DNA from: an uncultured Methanomicrobiaceae archaeon
Lineage (GTDB): Archaea; Halobacteriota; Methanomicrobia; Methanomicrobiales; Methanoculleaceae
Assembly (NCBI GenBank): GCA_963826525.1
Contig: CAWGXH010000004.1
Span: 1,344,001-1,408,000, forward strand
Direction of reading: 5' to 3'
DNA: 64,000 bases
Under the pieces are notes generated by a model. It saw only the letters and a list, made by a program, of their open reading frames with translations. It made no database searches and was not told the DNA's origin. Numbering within the stretch: the first letter of the stretch is position 1; every line of letters starts with the position of its first letter. Made by a program: the position numbers and the translations under genes. Positions 47,585 through 60,048 of this stretch are shown here, one piece after another.

Positions 47585-48961
47585 CTACTCGTTCTCCCGG
47601 TCGTGCGGCGCATCAAGGCTGATACTGTCGAGTTCGGCAAACATATCGTCCCCGAACTCTGCGGGATCTCCCGGATGTGCGAGCGACTCCTCAGCAGCCC
47701 GCCGCTCGGTGATCTCGATATCGTGAAGCAGGCGCCGGAGCTGCTGGTTCGCCTCGTCGAGCTCGAGCGTGCGCTCTTCCACCAGGTCCTCGAGGCGCTC
47801 CCGGTACCGCCGGAGTTCTTCCTCGGCGCATCTCCGCTCGGTGATGTCGCGGAGGATCACCATCAGCTGCCGCTCCCGGAGCGGCACGATCCGCGCCTCG
47901 AAACACCGCCGCCCCTCGGGGAGGTGGAGCGAGAACTCCTGCGACGTTGTCGTCTCTCCCTCGAGTGCCCGTGCAATGGCTTCGAGGAAGGCCTGTCCGT
48001 CCTTCTGTGGGAGAATCTCCCGGAGCTTCCTGCCGAGCAGTGCCTGCGGGGAGAACGAGAGATCCGCCTTTTTTCCCGCCCTGAACTCGAGAATGGTGCT
48101 GTCGAAGTTCACCCGCACGTACAGGTCGGGGAACGCATCGATCACCGCCTCGAGCTCGCCCGTCGCCTGTTTGAGCTGCTCCTCGACGGCGCTGCGTTCG
48201 GTGACATCGAGCATGGCAAGGAGGGTTGCGCCGTCGTCGAGGCCCGTCGACCGGATCTCAACCTCTCTGACCCTGCCGTCTCCGCAGACGACACTAAACA
48301 CACCGGGTCTTCTGTTCCTGATGATCTGCTCGTTCCAGGTATCGAGCACCTTTGCCCTGTACATCGGATTCGGGTGCACCCGTGTAAACCAGGTCGCAAG
48401 ATCCGGAATATCCTCTGCTGAGTAGATCGTAATCGCGGTGAACGTGCGGTTTGCATAGGCACTTCTGCCGTCCGCATCGAGAAGGAGGATGCCGTAGGGA
48501 GCGCTCTCGAGGACACCGATGAGGGTGCTCTTATCGATCCTGGGCGACTTCTGCGCATTCCGCTGCCCGATCCTGCGGTAGGTATCGATCCGCTCGCCGC
48601 ATGCAGGACCGTCCCTGACGACGACACTCGTGTATTCGACCTCGCAGAGGGCACCCGTATCGTCGGTGAGCCTGAACGTCGCCGTCGGAACATCAAGGTC
48701 GAATCGGATCGCCTCTGCAATGGTATCCCGGTGCACCGCCTCGTATGCAAGATGCGGGGCGACATAGCGGCCGAAGAACTCGCCGGCCTGCATCCCGAGG
48801 ACGCTCTCACGACGGATACCGAGCAACGCCTCCGCTGAACGGTTCAGATACCTGATCGTCCGTTCACCGTCGGTGTGGACGATTGCGTAGGGCAGTTCGT
48901 CGATGAGATGCGGTGTCGCGTTCAATACTGAACTGTTGCGTCTTTCCCTAGATATAGGCAT
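47585..48961 (-). CDS. Protein with three PAS domains and no output domain
   Basis: Three PAS-like units (IRYLNRSAE.LLG; YANRTF...DVTER; ...LRDITERR) followed by a coiled coil and a stop. Confidence 0.8.
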   Translation of the reverse strand: MPISRERRNSSVLNATPHLIDELPYAIVHTDGERTIRYLNRSAEALLGIRRESVLGMQAGEFFGRYVAPHLAYEAVHRDTIAEAIRFDLDVPTATFRLTDDTGALCEVEYTSVVVRDGPACGERIDTYRRIGQRNAQKSPRIDKSTLIGVLESAPYGILLLDADGRSAYANRTFTAITIYSAEDIPDLATWFTRVHPNPMYRAKVLDTWNEQIIRNRRPGVFSVVCGDGRVREVEIRSTGLDDGATLLAMLDVTERSAVEEQLKQATGELEAVIDAFPDLYVRVNFDSTILEFRAGKKADLSFSPQALLGRKLREILPQKDGQAFLEAIARALEGETTTSQEFSLHLPEGRRCFEARIVPLRERQLMVILRDITERRCAEEELRRYRERLEDLVEERTLELDEANQQLRRLLHDIEITERRAAEESLAHPGDPAEFGDDMFAELDSISLDAPHDRENE

Positions 48962-49130
48962 CGCTCTGCTATCCCGTGTTATCTTGCATTTGGGGGACTT
49001 CTGGAGAACGAGCGGTCTATTTTCAAAAAACAGGGCTCCCCGGGGTTTTCTCTGGTGAACGGATGAAAAGCGCCTGAGCTCCCCCGGAGCAGCCTTCACG
49101 CTATGCAGATTACGGACAGAGGGTATCTCT

Positions 49131-50321
49131 TCAGTCCTGCCTGATACCGAGCGCCTGCAGGCAGAACTGATCGACGGCGGTAATGAGGGTGGCCTTCGCC
49201 CGTTTTGCCCGCTCAGTATCATCCTGGTGTGCGTCGCGGAAGATATACTCAAGCGCGGTCGTGAAGTGGTTTCTCTTTCCAAACGCCTTCTTCGCCTCCT
49301 GAAAACAGAGGTATGCTTCGTTCTGCCTGCTGCACATCAGCTCGAACGCAATATCGAGCAGCAGGAGCAGGTGGGTGGGGAACTCTTTGAGGAGTGCTAA
49401 CTTTCGGAAACTGTAGTAAGACGACGGCTGCGCCCCGAAGACGGCGAGTTTCAGCCCGAAATAGATCGGTTCGTGATCGTCCGGGTACTGCTGCATCATC
49501 TGCTTGACGATGGCTGCGGCCGCGTTTCCGTTTCGCTGCTCGATCTGAAGCGTATATGCCTCCGCTAGGAAGTACTTGTCGTCTTGGAACCGTTCGGTGG
49601 CGAGCGTGACGAGGCGTTGCCTCCGCGGGGTATCCTCGTCAAGCCTGGCCTTCCGGATACCGAGACGGAGAAATCCCGGCTCGCTCGGAAACCATTCGAC
49701 CGCCCGGTCCTGCATAAACCAGAAGATCCGGTCGATCTGTGAATCTTTCTGGTTGAAGAGCATGAGGCGGTTTTGCGGGGGATTTGCCTTGATGAGCGTG
49801 ATCATCTCCTCGCGGGCGTGCAGTTCCATATTCCCCGGGCGAAACGGGGTCAGCGGCTGTGCGCCCGGCTTCTGCTGCTGACCGAGCCGGTAGAAGCAGT
49901 AGGCAACGGCAGTGTTGATGCGGGCGTCGGCGTTCCGGTGTTTTATCAGGTAATCGAGTGCCTGGCTGAAGTTCCCGCTGTTCATCAGCTTCAGTCCGGC
50001 GATGACGTCGAGGGTTGCCCTGCCCTTCCGCCGTCGTTTGTTGCCCATCGCGTGGCGGAGCACCTTTTCGAGAAAGTCCACGTCCGGCTGGTGCCGGGTG
50101 GTGTTGAGGAGTTTTAAGGTGACGGAGTCGATGAACTCGTCGTACTCCCTGTCGGGCAGCGACGGGAACGATCTGTCGAGGGATGCGGCGACGTGGCCGA
50201 AGAATATCGGAAGATTAACCTCGATCGTATCGATGTTCTTCTCGACATACTCGTACATGGAAGCCTCCAGCTGGTCGAGTCTCCGGCCCTGGACGGCGTC
50301 GGGTTGCCACGGCTCCTCCAT
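49131..50321 (-). CDS. Hypothetical alpha-helical (TPR-like) protein
   Basis: 396-aa ORF with helical A/L/Y patterns; no family recognised. Confidence 0.7.
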   Translation of the reverse strand: MEEPWQPDAVQGRRLDQLEASMYEYVEKNIDTIEVNLPIFFGHVAASLDRSFPSLPDREYDEFIDSVTLKLLNTTRHQPDVDFLEKVLRHAMGNKRRRKGRATLDVIAGLKLMNSGNFSQALDYLIKHRNADARINTAVAYCFYRLGQQQKPGAQPLTPFRPGNMELHAREEMITLIKANPPQNRLMLFNQKDSQIDRIFWFMQDRAVEWFPSEPGFLRLGIRKARLDEDTPRRQRLVTLATERFQDDKYFLAEAYTLQIEQRNGNAAAAIVKQMMQQYPDDHEPIYFGLKLAVFGAQPSSYYSFRKLALLKEFPTHLLLLLDIAFELMCSRQNEAYLCFQEAKKAFGKRNHFTTALEYIFRDAHQDDTERAKRAKATLITAVDQFCLQALGIRQD

Positions 50322-50449
50322 ACTATCTAAATGGTTGGGCGATGAAGGGATATTTGTTATTATTCACATGCCCGCCGTGGTCGAGCGCCGTTCCCTGAAA
50401 CACAAGGTTATTATCCCCCCCGAAACCTTGATTGATCTGAGATCCGTTT

Positions 50450-52102
50450 ATGCGATTTATGGAGTTTTCTCAATATTGCGAGCAGCTTGAGGGTATATCC
50501 GGCCGCCTTGAGATGATCGACATCGTGAGCGGAATTCTTCCTTCACTCACCGATGAGGAGCTCCCGATATTCGTTCGCTTCATCATGGGGCGGGTCTTCG
50601 CCGACTGGAGCCCGCTGAAACTCGGGGTCGGCCCGAATCTCCTCTACGAGGCCGTGGCCTACGTCGCCGGGACGAAGAAGGAGGCCGTGCGGGAGACGAT
50701 CAATATGCTCGGGGATGCCGGTCTCGCCGTCGAGCAGCTCCTCGCCACCAAAGAGCAGACGGCGTTCTTCATCGAAGAACTCGATCTGATCGAGGTCTAC
50801 CGCGACCTCGAGCGGATGGCGATCGCCGAGGGGCACGGTTCGCAGCGGGAGAAGACCCGGGTGGCGGGAAGACTCTTCGCGAACGCCCGCCCGCTCGAAG
50901 GGCGGTATCTCGCCCGCCTGATGCTGGAGGAGCTCCGGATCGGTATGGGTGAGGGGAACGTCCGCGACGCGATCGCGAAGGCCTTCACAGTCGACGTTGC
51001 CCTCGTCGAGCATGCCCACCAGGCGATCAACGATCTCGGTGAGGTAGCGCTTCTTGCCCGCCGGGGGTCTGATGCCCTGCAGGAGGTGAAGATCGAGCTC
51101 TTCCGCCCCGTGAAGATGATGCTCGCCCAGCAGGGAACGATTGCCGAGCGGATCGAGGAGTACGGGGACGTGGCGGTTGAGTACAAATACGACGGGAGCA
51201 GGTTCCAGTTCCACAAACAGGGCGACACCTGCCGGATCTACTCCCGGAGGCTCGAGGATGTGACGGTCGGGCTCCCCGATATCGCCCGGCTTCTTATGGC
51301 CGCTACGGACCGTGACGTGATCCTCGACGGCGAGGCGATCGCGATAAAGGACGGCCGGCCGATGCCGTTCCAGTACGTCATCAGGCGGTTCCGGCGAAAG
51401 CACAGAATCGATGCGATGATGGAAGAGATCATGCTTGTCCCGCGGGTCTTTGATATTCTCTACCTTGATGGCGAGACGCTGATCGATCTCCCCCTATCTG
51501 AGCGGCGCACAAAACTCGAGGAGGCGCTCTCCGAGCACGTCGCCCCGCAGGTTCGGACGGCTGACGTCACCGCAGCGGAAGAGATCTACGCCGCGGCGCT
51601 CGATCTGGGCCACGAGGGCGTGATGGTCAAAGTGCTCGCATCACGCTACCTGCCCGGGATCCGGGGGCGGCAGTGGGTGAAGGTGAAACCCGGCGTCGAT
51701 ACAATAGATCTCGTCGTCGTCGGTGCTGAGTGGGGCGAAGGGCGCCGTACCGGGGTCTTCGGATCGTTCCTCCTCGCCTGCCTGGATGAGGGGAAGTTCC
51801 TCACCGTCGGGAAGGTGGCGACGGGTATTTCGGACGAGATGCTTGCCGAACTCTATGCGCTCCTGAAGGATCGTGTCATCGCTCAGTCGGGAAAAGAGGT
51901 GACCCTCGAGCCTGAGTTCGTCTTTGAGGTCGGGTACTCGGAGATCCAGACGAGCCCGAACTACAGCAGCGGATACGCCCTCCGGTTCCCGCGGTTCGTC
52001 CGGCTCCGCGAGGATAAGGCCGCGGACGATGTCGAGACGCTCGATGCTGTCCGGGAACGCTACCGGCAGCAGAAGAACGGGGGCGGAGCCCCCTCTTCTT
52101 AG
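50450..52102 (+). CDS. lig: ATP-dependent DNA ligase
   Basis: [44 protein letters not shown]. Confidence 0.96.
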   Translation: MRFMEFSQYCEQLEGISGRLEMIDIVSGILPSLTDEELPIFVRFIMGRVFADWSPLKLGVGPNLLYEAVAYVAGTKKEAVRETINMLGDAGLAVEQLLATKEQTAFFIEELDLIEVYRDLERMAIAEGHGSQREKTRVAGRLFANARPLEGRYLARLMLEELRIGMGEGNVRDAIAKAFTVDVALVEHAHQAINDLGEVALLARRGSDALQEVKIELFRPVKMMLAQQGTIAERIEEYGDVAVEYKYDGSRFQFHKQGDTCRIYSRRLEDVTVGLPDIARLLMAATDRDVILDGEAIAIKDGRPMPFQYVIRRFRRKHRIDAMMEEIMLVPRVFDILYLDGETLIDLPLSERRTKLEEALSEHVAPQVRTADVTAAEEIYAAALDLGHEGVMVKVLASRYLPGIRGRQWVKVKPGVDTIDLVVVGAEWGEGRRTGVFGSFLLACLDEGKFLTVGKVATGISDEMLAELYALLKDRVIAQSGKEVTLEPEFVFEVGYSEIQTSPNYSSGYALRFPRFVRLREDKAADDVETLDAVRERYRQQKNGGGAPSS

Positions 52103-53243
52103 AAGTCGAAGAGGGTTCTCTGCGTCTTCAGCTCCGGGACAAGCCTGCTCTCCGGAAGCCAGCGGGCATGTCCGAGGAGGCGGGAGGCGGCGGCAACCGC
52201 CTCGTCGAGGGTGGCGCAGGTGGCGATCTCGTTCTTCATGGCAGCCCGGGCAGCCTCCCTGACCACCCAGGTGCCGAGGGGCGCCCAGGTACTCGCTCGA
52301 GACGTTGCGGAGCACGATGACGCGTGCCGAACGCCGGATGCTCTCGAGATACTCCGTCACTGCCAGACGGGCGGAGTAGTAAGCGCCTGCGAGGGGCGAG
52401 TAACCTGCCTTTTTCAGCCCCTCGCCGTCGACCGCTATCGTCTCCGTTTCCCCAGACCAGAGGGACTGGCGCCCCCAGATCTCGATCATCTCGTACTTCC
52501 AGTCGCCCGGAGCGAGGATGCAGACGATATGGTTCCCGTAGAGCGCGCCGTCGAAGAGCCGGTAGCCCTCGATCGACGGGTAACGGCCGGTATTCTTCTT
52601 GAGCCTGGTTCGAGACCATGTCGTCGACCGCCGTGATCGCCCAGCGGGTGGGGACGATGCGGCGCTTCTTCCCGAGGAGGCCGGTCGTGAGGATCTCCGT
52701 GATGCGGTAGACGTCGATCGACGACTCGTGGAGAAGGCTGCAGGCGTCCACCGCTCCGAGGTCGGTGTCGGAGGTGATCTTGTCCACCGCCCGCTCGACC
52801 CGGGCGTTGTCGATGACGTCCATCTTCCTGATGGCGCCGGAGAGGCCGACCGGCGCGACCGTGCCGTCGAACCTGACGTCGACCGCGACGGGCTTTGTAA
52901 ACCGCACCTCGACGTCGAGCGGTCTGCTCGAGAGCGCGATCTCCTGCATGTTGTCGACGACCCGCGCTACCGCGGAGGTCCCGCGGATTGTCCGGGCTCG
53001 CAGTCCGACGATATCGTCGATCGAGAGGCCGCGGTCGACCCATGTCGGGGGTGTGTCGGGGTCGTTGATCAGAAGCGGCCCGCCGCTGACGTTCGGGTAG
53101 CCGTAGCTTCCGACGAAGACCGACGGTGCACCGCCCATGTAGTGGTCGGAGGGTTTCATGGTGAGCTGGGCGTGGAACCGGCTGATGACCGGGCAGCGTT
53201 CGAGCCCGCAGAGTCCCTTCCCCTTGCACTCAGCGCACCGCAT
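52099..53243 (-). CDS. nreA: Nre-family archaeal DNA repair protein with C-terminal PIP box (frameshifts near 52605 and 52285)
   Basis: [49 protein letters not shown]; ends [12 protein letters not shown]. Confidence 0.85.
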
Positions 53244-54307
53244 CAGTATTTCCCCGCCGATCGACGGCGACCCGAACCCGTCCGCCGAGACGCTTGAGCG
53301 TCCCTGCGACCCAGTCCTCCCAGGATACAGGCTCCTGACTCGAGCGATGCGGCGATCTCGCACCCGAGATCGTCGTCGCGCTCCCCGACTGCCTCGACCA
53401 CGACCGAGCCGGGCGCATACCCTGCCGTAATGATGTCGTCGGCGTCGCCGTCGATGACGCCGAAGACGGGGATGCCGTAGTGGACGCAGATATGCCCACA
53501 GACGGCGGTGGTGTCGTCGCCGATGCAGAGGACGCCGGATACGCCCTCCTCTATCTCGCGGTAGAGCGTATGGCCGGCGTGATCGATCACCGCGATCCGT
53601 CCGGTCTCGCGAGCCCGTCCGGCATGCCGGGGTGCCACCGACCGAACAGGGCCGCTCTTGCACCAGGCGGCGGCAAGATCAGGGGCTCCTCCCCGGAGCA
53701 GCTTCTCGACGCCGTGCTGCTTGAGGTCGATTCCTGCGACCGCTTCGATGGTTCCGGCTCCTGCTGCCAGCACCACCGTATCCGCGGTCGCCGTTCCGAT
53801 CACGATTCCGTCGACGAAGACTGCTTCACCCGGGATGCATCCCCGGATGGTTCGGCCGGTCACTCCGGTCGCGGCACGCCCTTCCGCCTCCACGACCGGA
53901 AACCCGGTCAGGCCGGCGAGGTCTCCGGCAAGCCTGCGGTCGCCTTCGTTCCAGACGAAGATCATCCTGCTCGAGCACTCGAGGTGCACGAGGCCGCGTC
54001 CCTCTGGCAGGCGACCTGCCACAATCTCGCCGAATATCCGGCCGGACGCCGGCGTCTTCCCGCGGTTGACGAGGAACGCCCGCCCGCTCCCGGCAGCGAG
54101 CACGACGCTCGGCCGCATATCGGTGCAGCGGACGGGGAGACCCGAGGCCTCCGCCGCACACCGTCCCATCACCCCGGCGACAAGTATCTCCCGTGGCCGT
54201 ATCCGGTCGGCGAGCCGTCCGGCGTCGCCGCTGTCGAAAGCCTCCGGGCCATGCACTACCATGACGGCGTCCGATGCCGGTGTCCCTTCGGTCTTCTGCC
54301 GGTTCAT
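53230..54307 (-). CDS. DUF2117-like protein (frameshift near 53335)
   Basis: VVHGPEAFDSG, GVMGRCA, NRGKT..SG..FG, IRGCIPGE.VFVDGIVIG, IDH, IGDDTT, DGD.D. Confidence 0.75.
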
Positions 54308-54318
54308 TCCGGGCAGCG

Positions 54319-55008
54319 TCACCGTCCTGAGGTGTCGGGCCTCGGGAGATAGGGCACCAGTGCGGCGGCGAGTTTCGCGAGGTCCATCGACTGCAGGATG
54401 ACCTTCCCGGGGCCGGTCAGCGTGGTCAAGAACAGCCCTTCTCCACCGAAGAGGACGGTCGACACGCCGCCGGCCATGGCGATGCTGTAATCGACGGTCT
54501 TCTCGAACCCCACGACGAGCCCGGTCTCCACCTTCACGACCTCGCCCGGGGCGAGCGTCATCTCGATGATATCGCCGCAGCAGTGGAGAAACGCCGACCC
54601 CGTCCCGGAGAGGCGCTGGAGAACGAACCCTTCGCCGCCGAAGAATCCCGATCGAAGTTTCTTGGTGAACGCGATATCGAGATCGATCCCGTGCTCCGCG
54701 CAGAGGAAGGCGTCTTTCTGGGCGATGAACTCCCCCTCCTTCAGGTCGACCGGGAAGATCTTGCCGGGAATATTGCCGGCGAAGGAGACGAAGCCTTCGC
54801 CGCCCTGCGGGGTGAACTCGGTCATGAAGAGGCTCTCGCCGCTGACCATGCGTTTCAGCCCCTTGAAGAGTCCGCCCTTCATGTTGGTCGTAAGCTGCAT
54901 GTTCCCGCTCATATTGACCATGGCGCCCGCCTCGGCGTAGATGCTCTCGGCCGCTCCGAGGTGAAGCGTGACCATCTGGAGATTGTCTCCCGTTATCTCG
55001 TAGCGCAT
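54319..55008 (-). CDS. TIGR00266/AIM24-family protein
   Basis: AEAGAMV, GESLFMTEF, QKDAFLCA, FFGGEGF.LQ.LSG.G, GEGLFLTTLTGPG.V.LQS. Confidence 0.88.
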   Translation of the reverse strand: MRYEITGDNLQMVTLHLGAAESIYAEAGAMVNMSGNMQLTTNMKGGLFKGLKRMVSGESLFMTEFTPQGGEGFVSFAGNIPGKIFPVDLKEGEFIAQKDAFLCAEHGIDLDIAFTKKLRSGFFGGEGFVLQRLSGTGSAFLHCCGDIIEMTLAPGEVVKVETGLVVGFEKTVDYSIAMAGGVSTVLFGGEGLFLTTLTGPGKVILQSMDLAKLAAALVPYLPRPDTSGR

Positions 55009-55844
55009 AGTATATCCTCTGGTATCTGTTCGCTATAATTGGTTTCCCCCGGCGATAATTCCGACGGATTGGCCGGAATGGCCGGAATCCTGCTCCGAGG
55101 CCCATCGATCGCCGTTTTCCCGATATACCACCTCCGTTCGAAAAAGGCAGATTTATAACGGCCCGAATGAATAGCCGGCCGTTCTCAACCTTTAAATGGG
55201 TGAACGGGAGTATACCTCGCTGGTGAAATCGATTCTGCACGATCCCGATCCGCGGAGCGACCGGATAATCAGTACGTATATCACCGATAGCCGCTGTCCG
55301 GGAGATTCTCCGGAGGCAGGGATATCGCTGCGCCGCCTGCGGGACGGCGGTCGCGGCGGAAGGGACGCACTTCGATCATATCGTGCCCGTCATCTGGGGC
55401 GGGCGGCATACTGTCCAGAACATGCACGCTCTTTGCCCCCGCTGCCATCACCGGATGATGCGTCTTCAGCGGGAGTGGCTCGCCCGCCGGAGTGCCGGGC
55501 GCATCGCCGGAAAGGCATAAGTACTTCAAAGCCTCACCGGTCACCAATGGCATGTGAAGAGCCCGATACGCCAACGCAGGAGTGGAACTCGATGACCATG
55601 AGCCTGCTTGACGGTGCGATAGCCCTGGTGACCGACCCCTGCCGTCCCGGTGCCGCTATCCCTGAGTGCTGTTCGCCCCGGCGGTCGGCGACCATGCAGA
55701 TGCTCGACTCCCTGCTTACCCCCGGGACGGTTCCGAACACCGTCGGTTCGCTCGCGGTGACGATCCTCATCATGCCGCGGGTGCCGGTGCCGTTCCGGCT
55801 GACCGCGACGGCGGCGGGTATGGCGTCCGGGATTGCGTCGAGTC

Positions 55845-57729
55845 TTATCCTCCGGCGGTAGGGTTTGTCAGCCGCCGCTCTATTCGTCTCTTCTTCCTGG
55901 CCGGGATGCCGTGCTGCTGCCGGTTCCGTCCGACGAGGCACGTCCAGCCGCTGCCGATGAGGTCATCCCGCCCGACCGAGCGGAGCCCTTCGCAGACGAG
56001 ACCGTAGTTCTCCGGGTCGCGGTACTGCAGGAGGGCTCGCTGAACCTGCTTCTCCCGCCCCTTCGGGACGTGGACGGGCTGCAGCGTGAAGGGATCGAGC
56101 CCCGTATGGTACATCGCGGTGGAGAGGCTCATCGGCGTCGGGGTGAAGTCCTGCACCTGCTCGGTGTAGAGGTTGGTCGTCCCGGATGTACTCGGCGAGC
56201 TCCACCATATCGGTGACGCTGCAGCCCGGGTGACCGGAGATGAAGTAGGGCACGAGGTACTGCCGCTTCTGTTTTCCCGCCTGCCGACTCTCAAAGCGTT
56301 CTCCGGAATGACTCGAAGACTTCCTTCGGCGGTTTCTGCATCAGTTCCGTCACCCCCTCTGCGACGTGCTCGGGTGCGACTTTCAGGTGGCCGGAGATGT
56401 GGTACTCGGAGAGTTCGTCGAGGAACGTATCGTCCAGAGGCGGGAGGAGGTCGTAGCGGATGCCCGACCCGATGAAGACCCGCTTTACCCCGGGGATCTC
56501 GCGGACACGCCTGAGCAGGTCCCGGTACCGGGCAGCGTCGGTTGCAAGCGTCGGGCAGGACGATTCGCAGCGGCGGCCTTCGCATGCTCCCTGCTCCTCC
56601 CAGCGGCTGCAGGCCATCCCGTACATATTGGCGGTGGGTCCCCCGACGTCCTGCACGATCCCCTTAAAGCCCCGCATCTTCGTCATCCGTTCGACCTCGC
56701 GGACGACGGACTCGACACTCCTGCTCTGGACGATCCTGCCCTGGTGATGGGTGAGGGCACAGAACGAGCAGGAGCCGAAACATCCGCGGTGACTGGTCAC
56801 CGACCATCTGACCGGTTCGAGTGCCGGCACGGGTTCGGTGTAGGAGGGGTGTGCCTCCCGGGTATACGGGAGCTCGTAGATATGGTCGAGTTCCTCCGTG
56901 GTGAGCGGCAGTGCCGGCGGGTTCTGGATGACCACGGTCTTCGGGTGCGGCTGTGCGACCGGCCGGCCGCGGACTGGGTCCTGCTCCCGGTAGTGGGCGG
57001 CGAACGCCCGTGCATAGGCGTACCTGTCCTCTTTCACCTCCGTGTATCCCGGCAGGACGACGAACGGCTCGTGGTCGGTCTCCCGCCACGCCCGGACCTC
57101 CGTCCGGTAGGCGGTGCCGCGGATGTCCGTGAGGCTCGGAGATTGCCTCTCCGGCACGAAGGCGGCGGGCGATCTCCGTTACCTGCCGCTCGCCCATCCC
57201 GTAGACGAGGAGGTCTGCGGGAGCGTCGGCGAGGATCGCCTGCCGGACGGAGTCGGACCAGTAGTCGTAGTGGGCGAACCGGCGGAGGCTCGCCTCGATA
57301 CCGCCGATAACGATCGGGGTCTTCGGGAAGAGGGCGTGGAGCCGGTTGGTATAGACGATCGTCGCCCGGTCGGGCCGCCGCGGCTTCCCGCCCGGCGAGT
57401 AGACGTCGCCGCTCCGCCGTTTCAGGTTCGGGGTGAAATGGTTCACCATCGAGTCGACGTTCCCGGCCGAGACGGCGAAGAAGAGGCGGGGTCTCCCGAG
57501 CCTCGAAAAGTCGCTCTCCCCGGTCCAGTCGGGCTGCGCGATGATCCCGACCGAGTAGCCGGCGTCTTTTAGCACTCTCGCCGAGGAGTGCGGCTCCGAA
57601 CGAGGGGTGATCGACGTAGGCGTCTCCGGAGACGATGATGACGTCGAACTCATCGATACCGGGTGCGCCTCGCTCCTTCACCGACATGGGAAGGTGGCGC
57701 GGCTGAACATTGCTGGAAGCGGTCGTCAC
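55845..57729 (-). CDS. YgiQ-family radical SAM protein (about 4 frameshifts)
   Basis: [85 protein letters not shown]. Confidence 0.88.
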
Positions 57730-58211
57730 CGCTGCTCTGCTCCGGGCTCTTTTGGCATCTCCGGTTCGAGTGTCCGCTCGAAGACCGGCAGGGAAACCCC
57801 GGTCTTCTCGTCATGGAGCCGTATCGCCTGTATGCCGATGAACTCGGTGAGGATCGCCTCCACCACCAGGTATACCTCGGCCTTGTTCCGAAGACACCCG
57901 GTCAGCGACGTCATGCCTTTCCCGGCAGCCGCATGGAGGTGGATTGAAGGCCCTTCCGACCCCGGGTAGACGGTTCCGAACCCGAGGAGTTCCCACCCGC
58001 CGTAGATATTCTCATGGTGCGGCACCGGTGGAATGACCGGCTCTTTCGGCCCCGTGACGAGCTGCCCTTCCCGGAGTGCACCGAGGATCTGGATAGTCCC
58101 TGTCTGCACGTCCACCGCCCGGACGAAGCGCCGGAGCTCGGTGAGCAGTTCCTCTCCGTCGTCGAACCGGATTGTAAAGACCCTGCCTATACGGCCCTGC
58201 GAGTACTGCAT
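57726..58211 (-). CDS. PPC/DUF296-domain protein
   Basis: [36 protein letters not shown]. Confidence 0.82.
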   Translation of the reverse strand: MQYSQGRIGRVFTIRFDDGEELLTELRRFVRAVDVQTGTIQILGALREGQLVTGPKEPVIPPVPHHENIYGGWELLGFGTVYPGSEGPSIHLHAAAGKGMTSLTGCLRNKAEVYLVVEAILTEFIGIQAIRLHDEKTGVSLPVFERTLEPEMPKEPGAEQR

Positions 58212-58323
58212 ACGAATCGTCCTTATCGCTGTTAGATGAACGCTCTGTGGTATTAACATTCGTGGCTCCCCGGCAGCGCACCCGGGATCACCTTCATTAC
58301 CTCCCGTGCAGATCCGTGATGAT

Positions 58324-59521
58324 ATGCCTGCCGGAGGAGCCGTGCCCGGGACAGCACGGATCGGGGAGCTTGAATACCTGCGGGGGTTTGCGATACTGGC
58401 GGTCGTCGCCGTCCACGTCTCGGTCTTCTTCACGGAAGCGGCACGGTTCGATACCCTTGCGGCCGTGAACCTCGCCGTCTATATCGGCACACACTTTGCG
58501 GTTCCGCTCTTCCTCTTCGTATCCGGTGTTGCCCTCACCTACCGGTACTCGGGTCGCTACCCGCTTCGGCTCTTCTACCGGAGACGGTTTCTGACTATCG
58601 GGCCGCCCTACCTCCTCTTCTCCGGCCTCTACCTGCTCCTGCCGGCGGCGGGTCTCCTCTTCCTCACCGGCGCGACAGGCCTGCCCTCTTCGGATGCGGC
58701 CGTGACCGCTTTTCTCACCGGCACGGCGCACTACCACCTCTGGTTCTTCATCCTGATAGCCCAGTTCTACCTGCTCTTCCCGCTCATCATGCGGGGATAT
58801 GCCGCCGCTGAGCGTTCTGGAGCGGTGCCTTTCCTGCTTCTTACGCTGCTCTTTTTCCAGGTCCTCTGGAATGTCGGCGCACACATTATCGGGGCGTATG
58901 CCGGGACGGTCTGGTACTCGGTGCTGATACGGGTCTTTATCTCGCACCTCTTCTGGTTCGTCCTCGGCATAGCGGCGCTCCGGAACTACGACCGGTTCAC
59001 GAGCATCAAAAGCGCCCTTTCCTGGAAGGTGATGCTCGGCGTCGCCGTCGCCGTGACGGTTCTGCTCACCGCGAATGTGGTCGATCGGCATTGCCGAGTC
59101 AGGGAGTTTCAACGCCGTTTCACTGGCATACTTCTGTATCTATCGGATAGCAGAGCCGGTCATATACCTGCCGCTCTTTCTCGTTCTCTTCATCGCGGCG
59201 GAACGCCTGGCCGCCTCGGCATCCCGGAGTTCGGTCGCCCTCCGCAGCATCGGTGAACACTCTTACGGCATCTATCTCATCCATCCGCTCGTCATCGCGA
59301 TACTGCTCGGCGTCCTCGCAGAACTGAGCCTCGGCTCCTCCTCGTGGCTCTTCTACCCGCTACTTTTCGCCGCGACGGTTGCGATCACGTACGGCCTCGT
59401 GCGGGTGCTCGATCTCGTGCCGGGGAGCGGTCTCGCTCTCGGGGTGCGGCGAAGCGATCCGGCGGCCGCTGTGGCCGAAAAAAGGCGTGGCTCCGCCGGC
59501 GGTTCACCGGAGGATCCCTGA
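58324..59521 (+). CDS. Acyltransferase-3 family membrane protein (frameshift near 59085)
   Basis: LEYLRGFAILAVVAVH, FAVPLFLFVSG, YHLWF, QFYLLFP, IGEHSYGIYLIHP. Confidence 0.85.
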
Positions 59522-59552
59522 ACCCTTCGCCCCCCGTCCCGGGGAGGGTTTT
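59521..59552. terminator. Hairpin between convergent genes
   Basis: AACCCT-TCG-CCCC...GGGG-AGGGTT stem directly between the stop codons at 59521 and 59551. Confidence 0.45.
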
Positions 59553-59881
59553 ACATCGGTCGTGCCATCTGCGGTTTCACGTCCGAGACGTTGGCCGAGT
59601 ATACCTGATACGTCGTAACCTCGGGCGAAGACGCGATGTACTCCGTAAGCTCGCGGGAGGCCTCCCGGAAGAGTCCCTGCATGGAGGACCTCGCCGCCTC
59701 TTCATTCTCCCAGAGACTGATGAGCGGTCATGGTATCCGGGTTCTCCTGCGGCATCAGGAAGAGGTGCCCCATAAAGCCGTCTGTTTTCCGTGCGCTTGC
59801 CTTAATCCGTTCGATAGTGTCGAAGGCGCTCTCACGCCGGCCGCTCTTGAACTTCCATACTGACATTCGTGCAACTACCAT
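59551..59881 (-). CDS. ABM (antibiotic biosynthesis monooxygenase)-like protein, absent from the ORF track (frameshift near 59727)
   Basis: MVVARMSVWKFKSGRRE...KTDGFMGHLFL..ENPDTMTA/ISLWENEEAARSS...PEVTTYQV; removing one base gives 109 aa. Confidence 0.7.
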
Positions 59882-60048
59882 GGTGATCGTGACCCCTCAG
59901 GGAGGACCTGTGTATTATGCTTTGCGCTCCCCAAAAAGTGGGATATCCTGCCGAGCGGGTTTGTGAATATGGGCGCGCTCCCGCCCTCTTTTACCGACAA
60001 TCGGATGGGTCGGATGCCCCGATGTTTTCAGGGAACTGCAGGGAATTT

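Noticed and set aside
55196-55845. ORFs between the AIM24 and YgiQ genes
   Set aside because: No recognisable motifs in any frame. It may be a decayed gene, but I cannot support a call.
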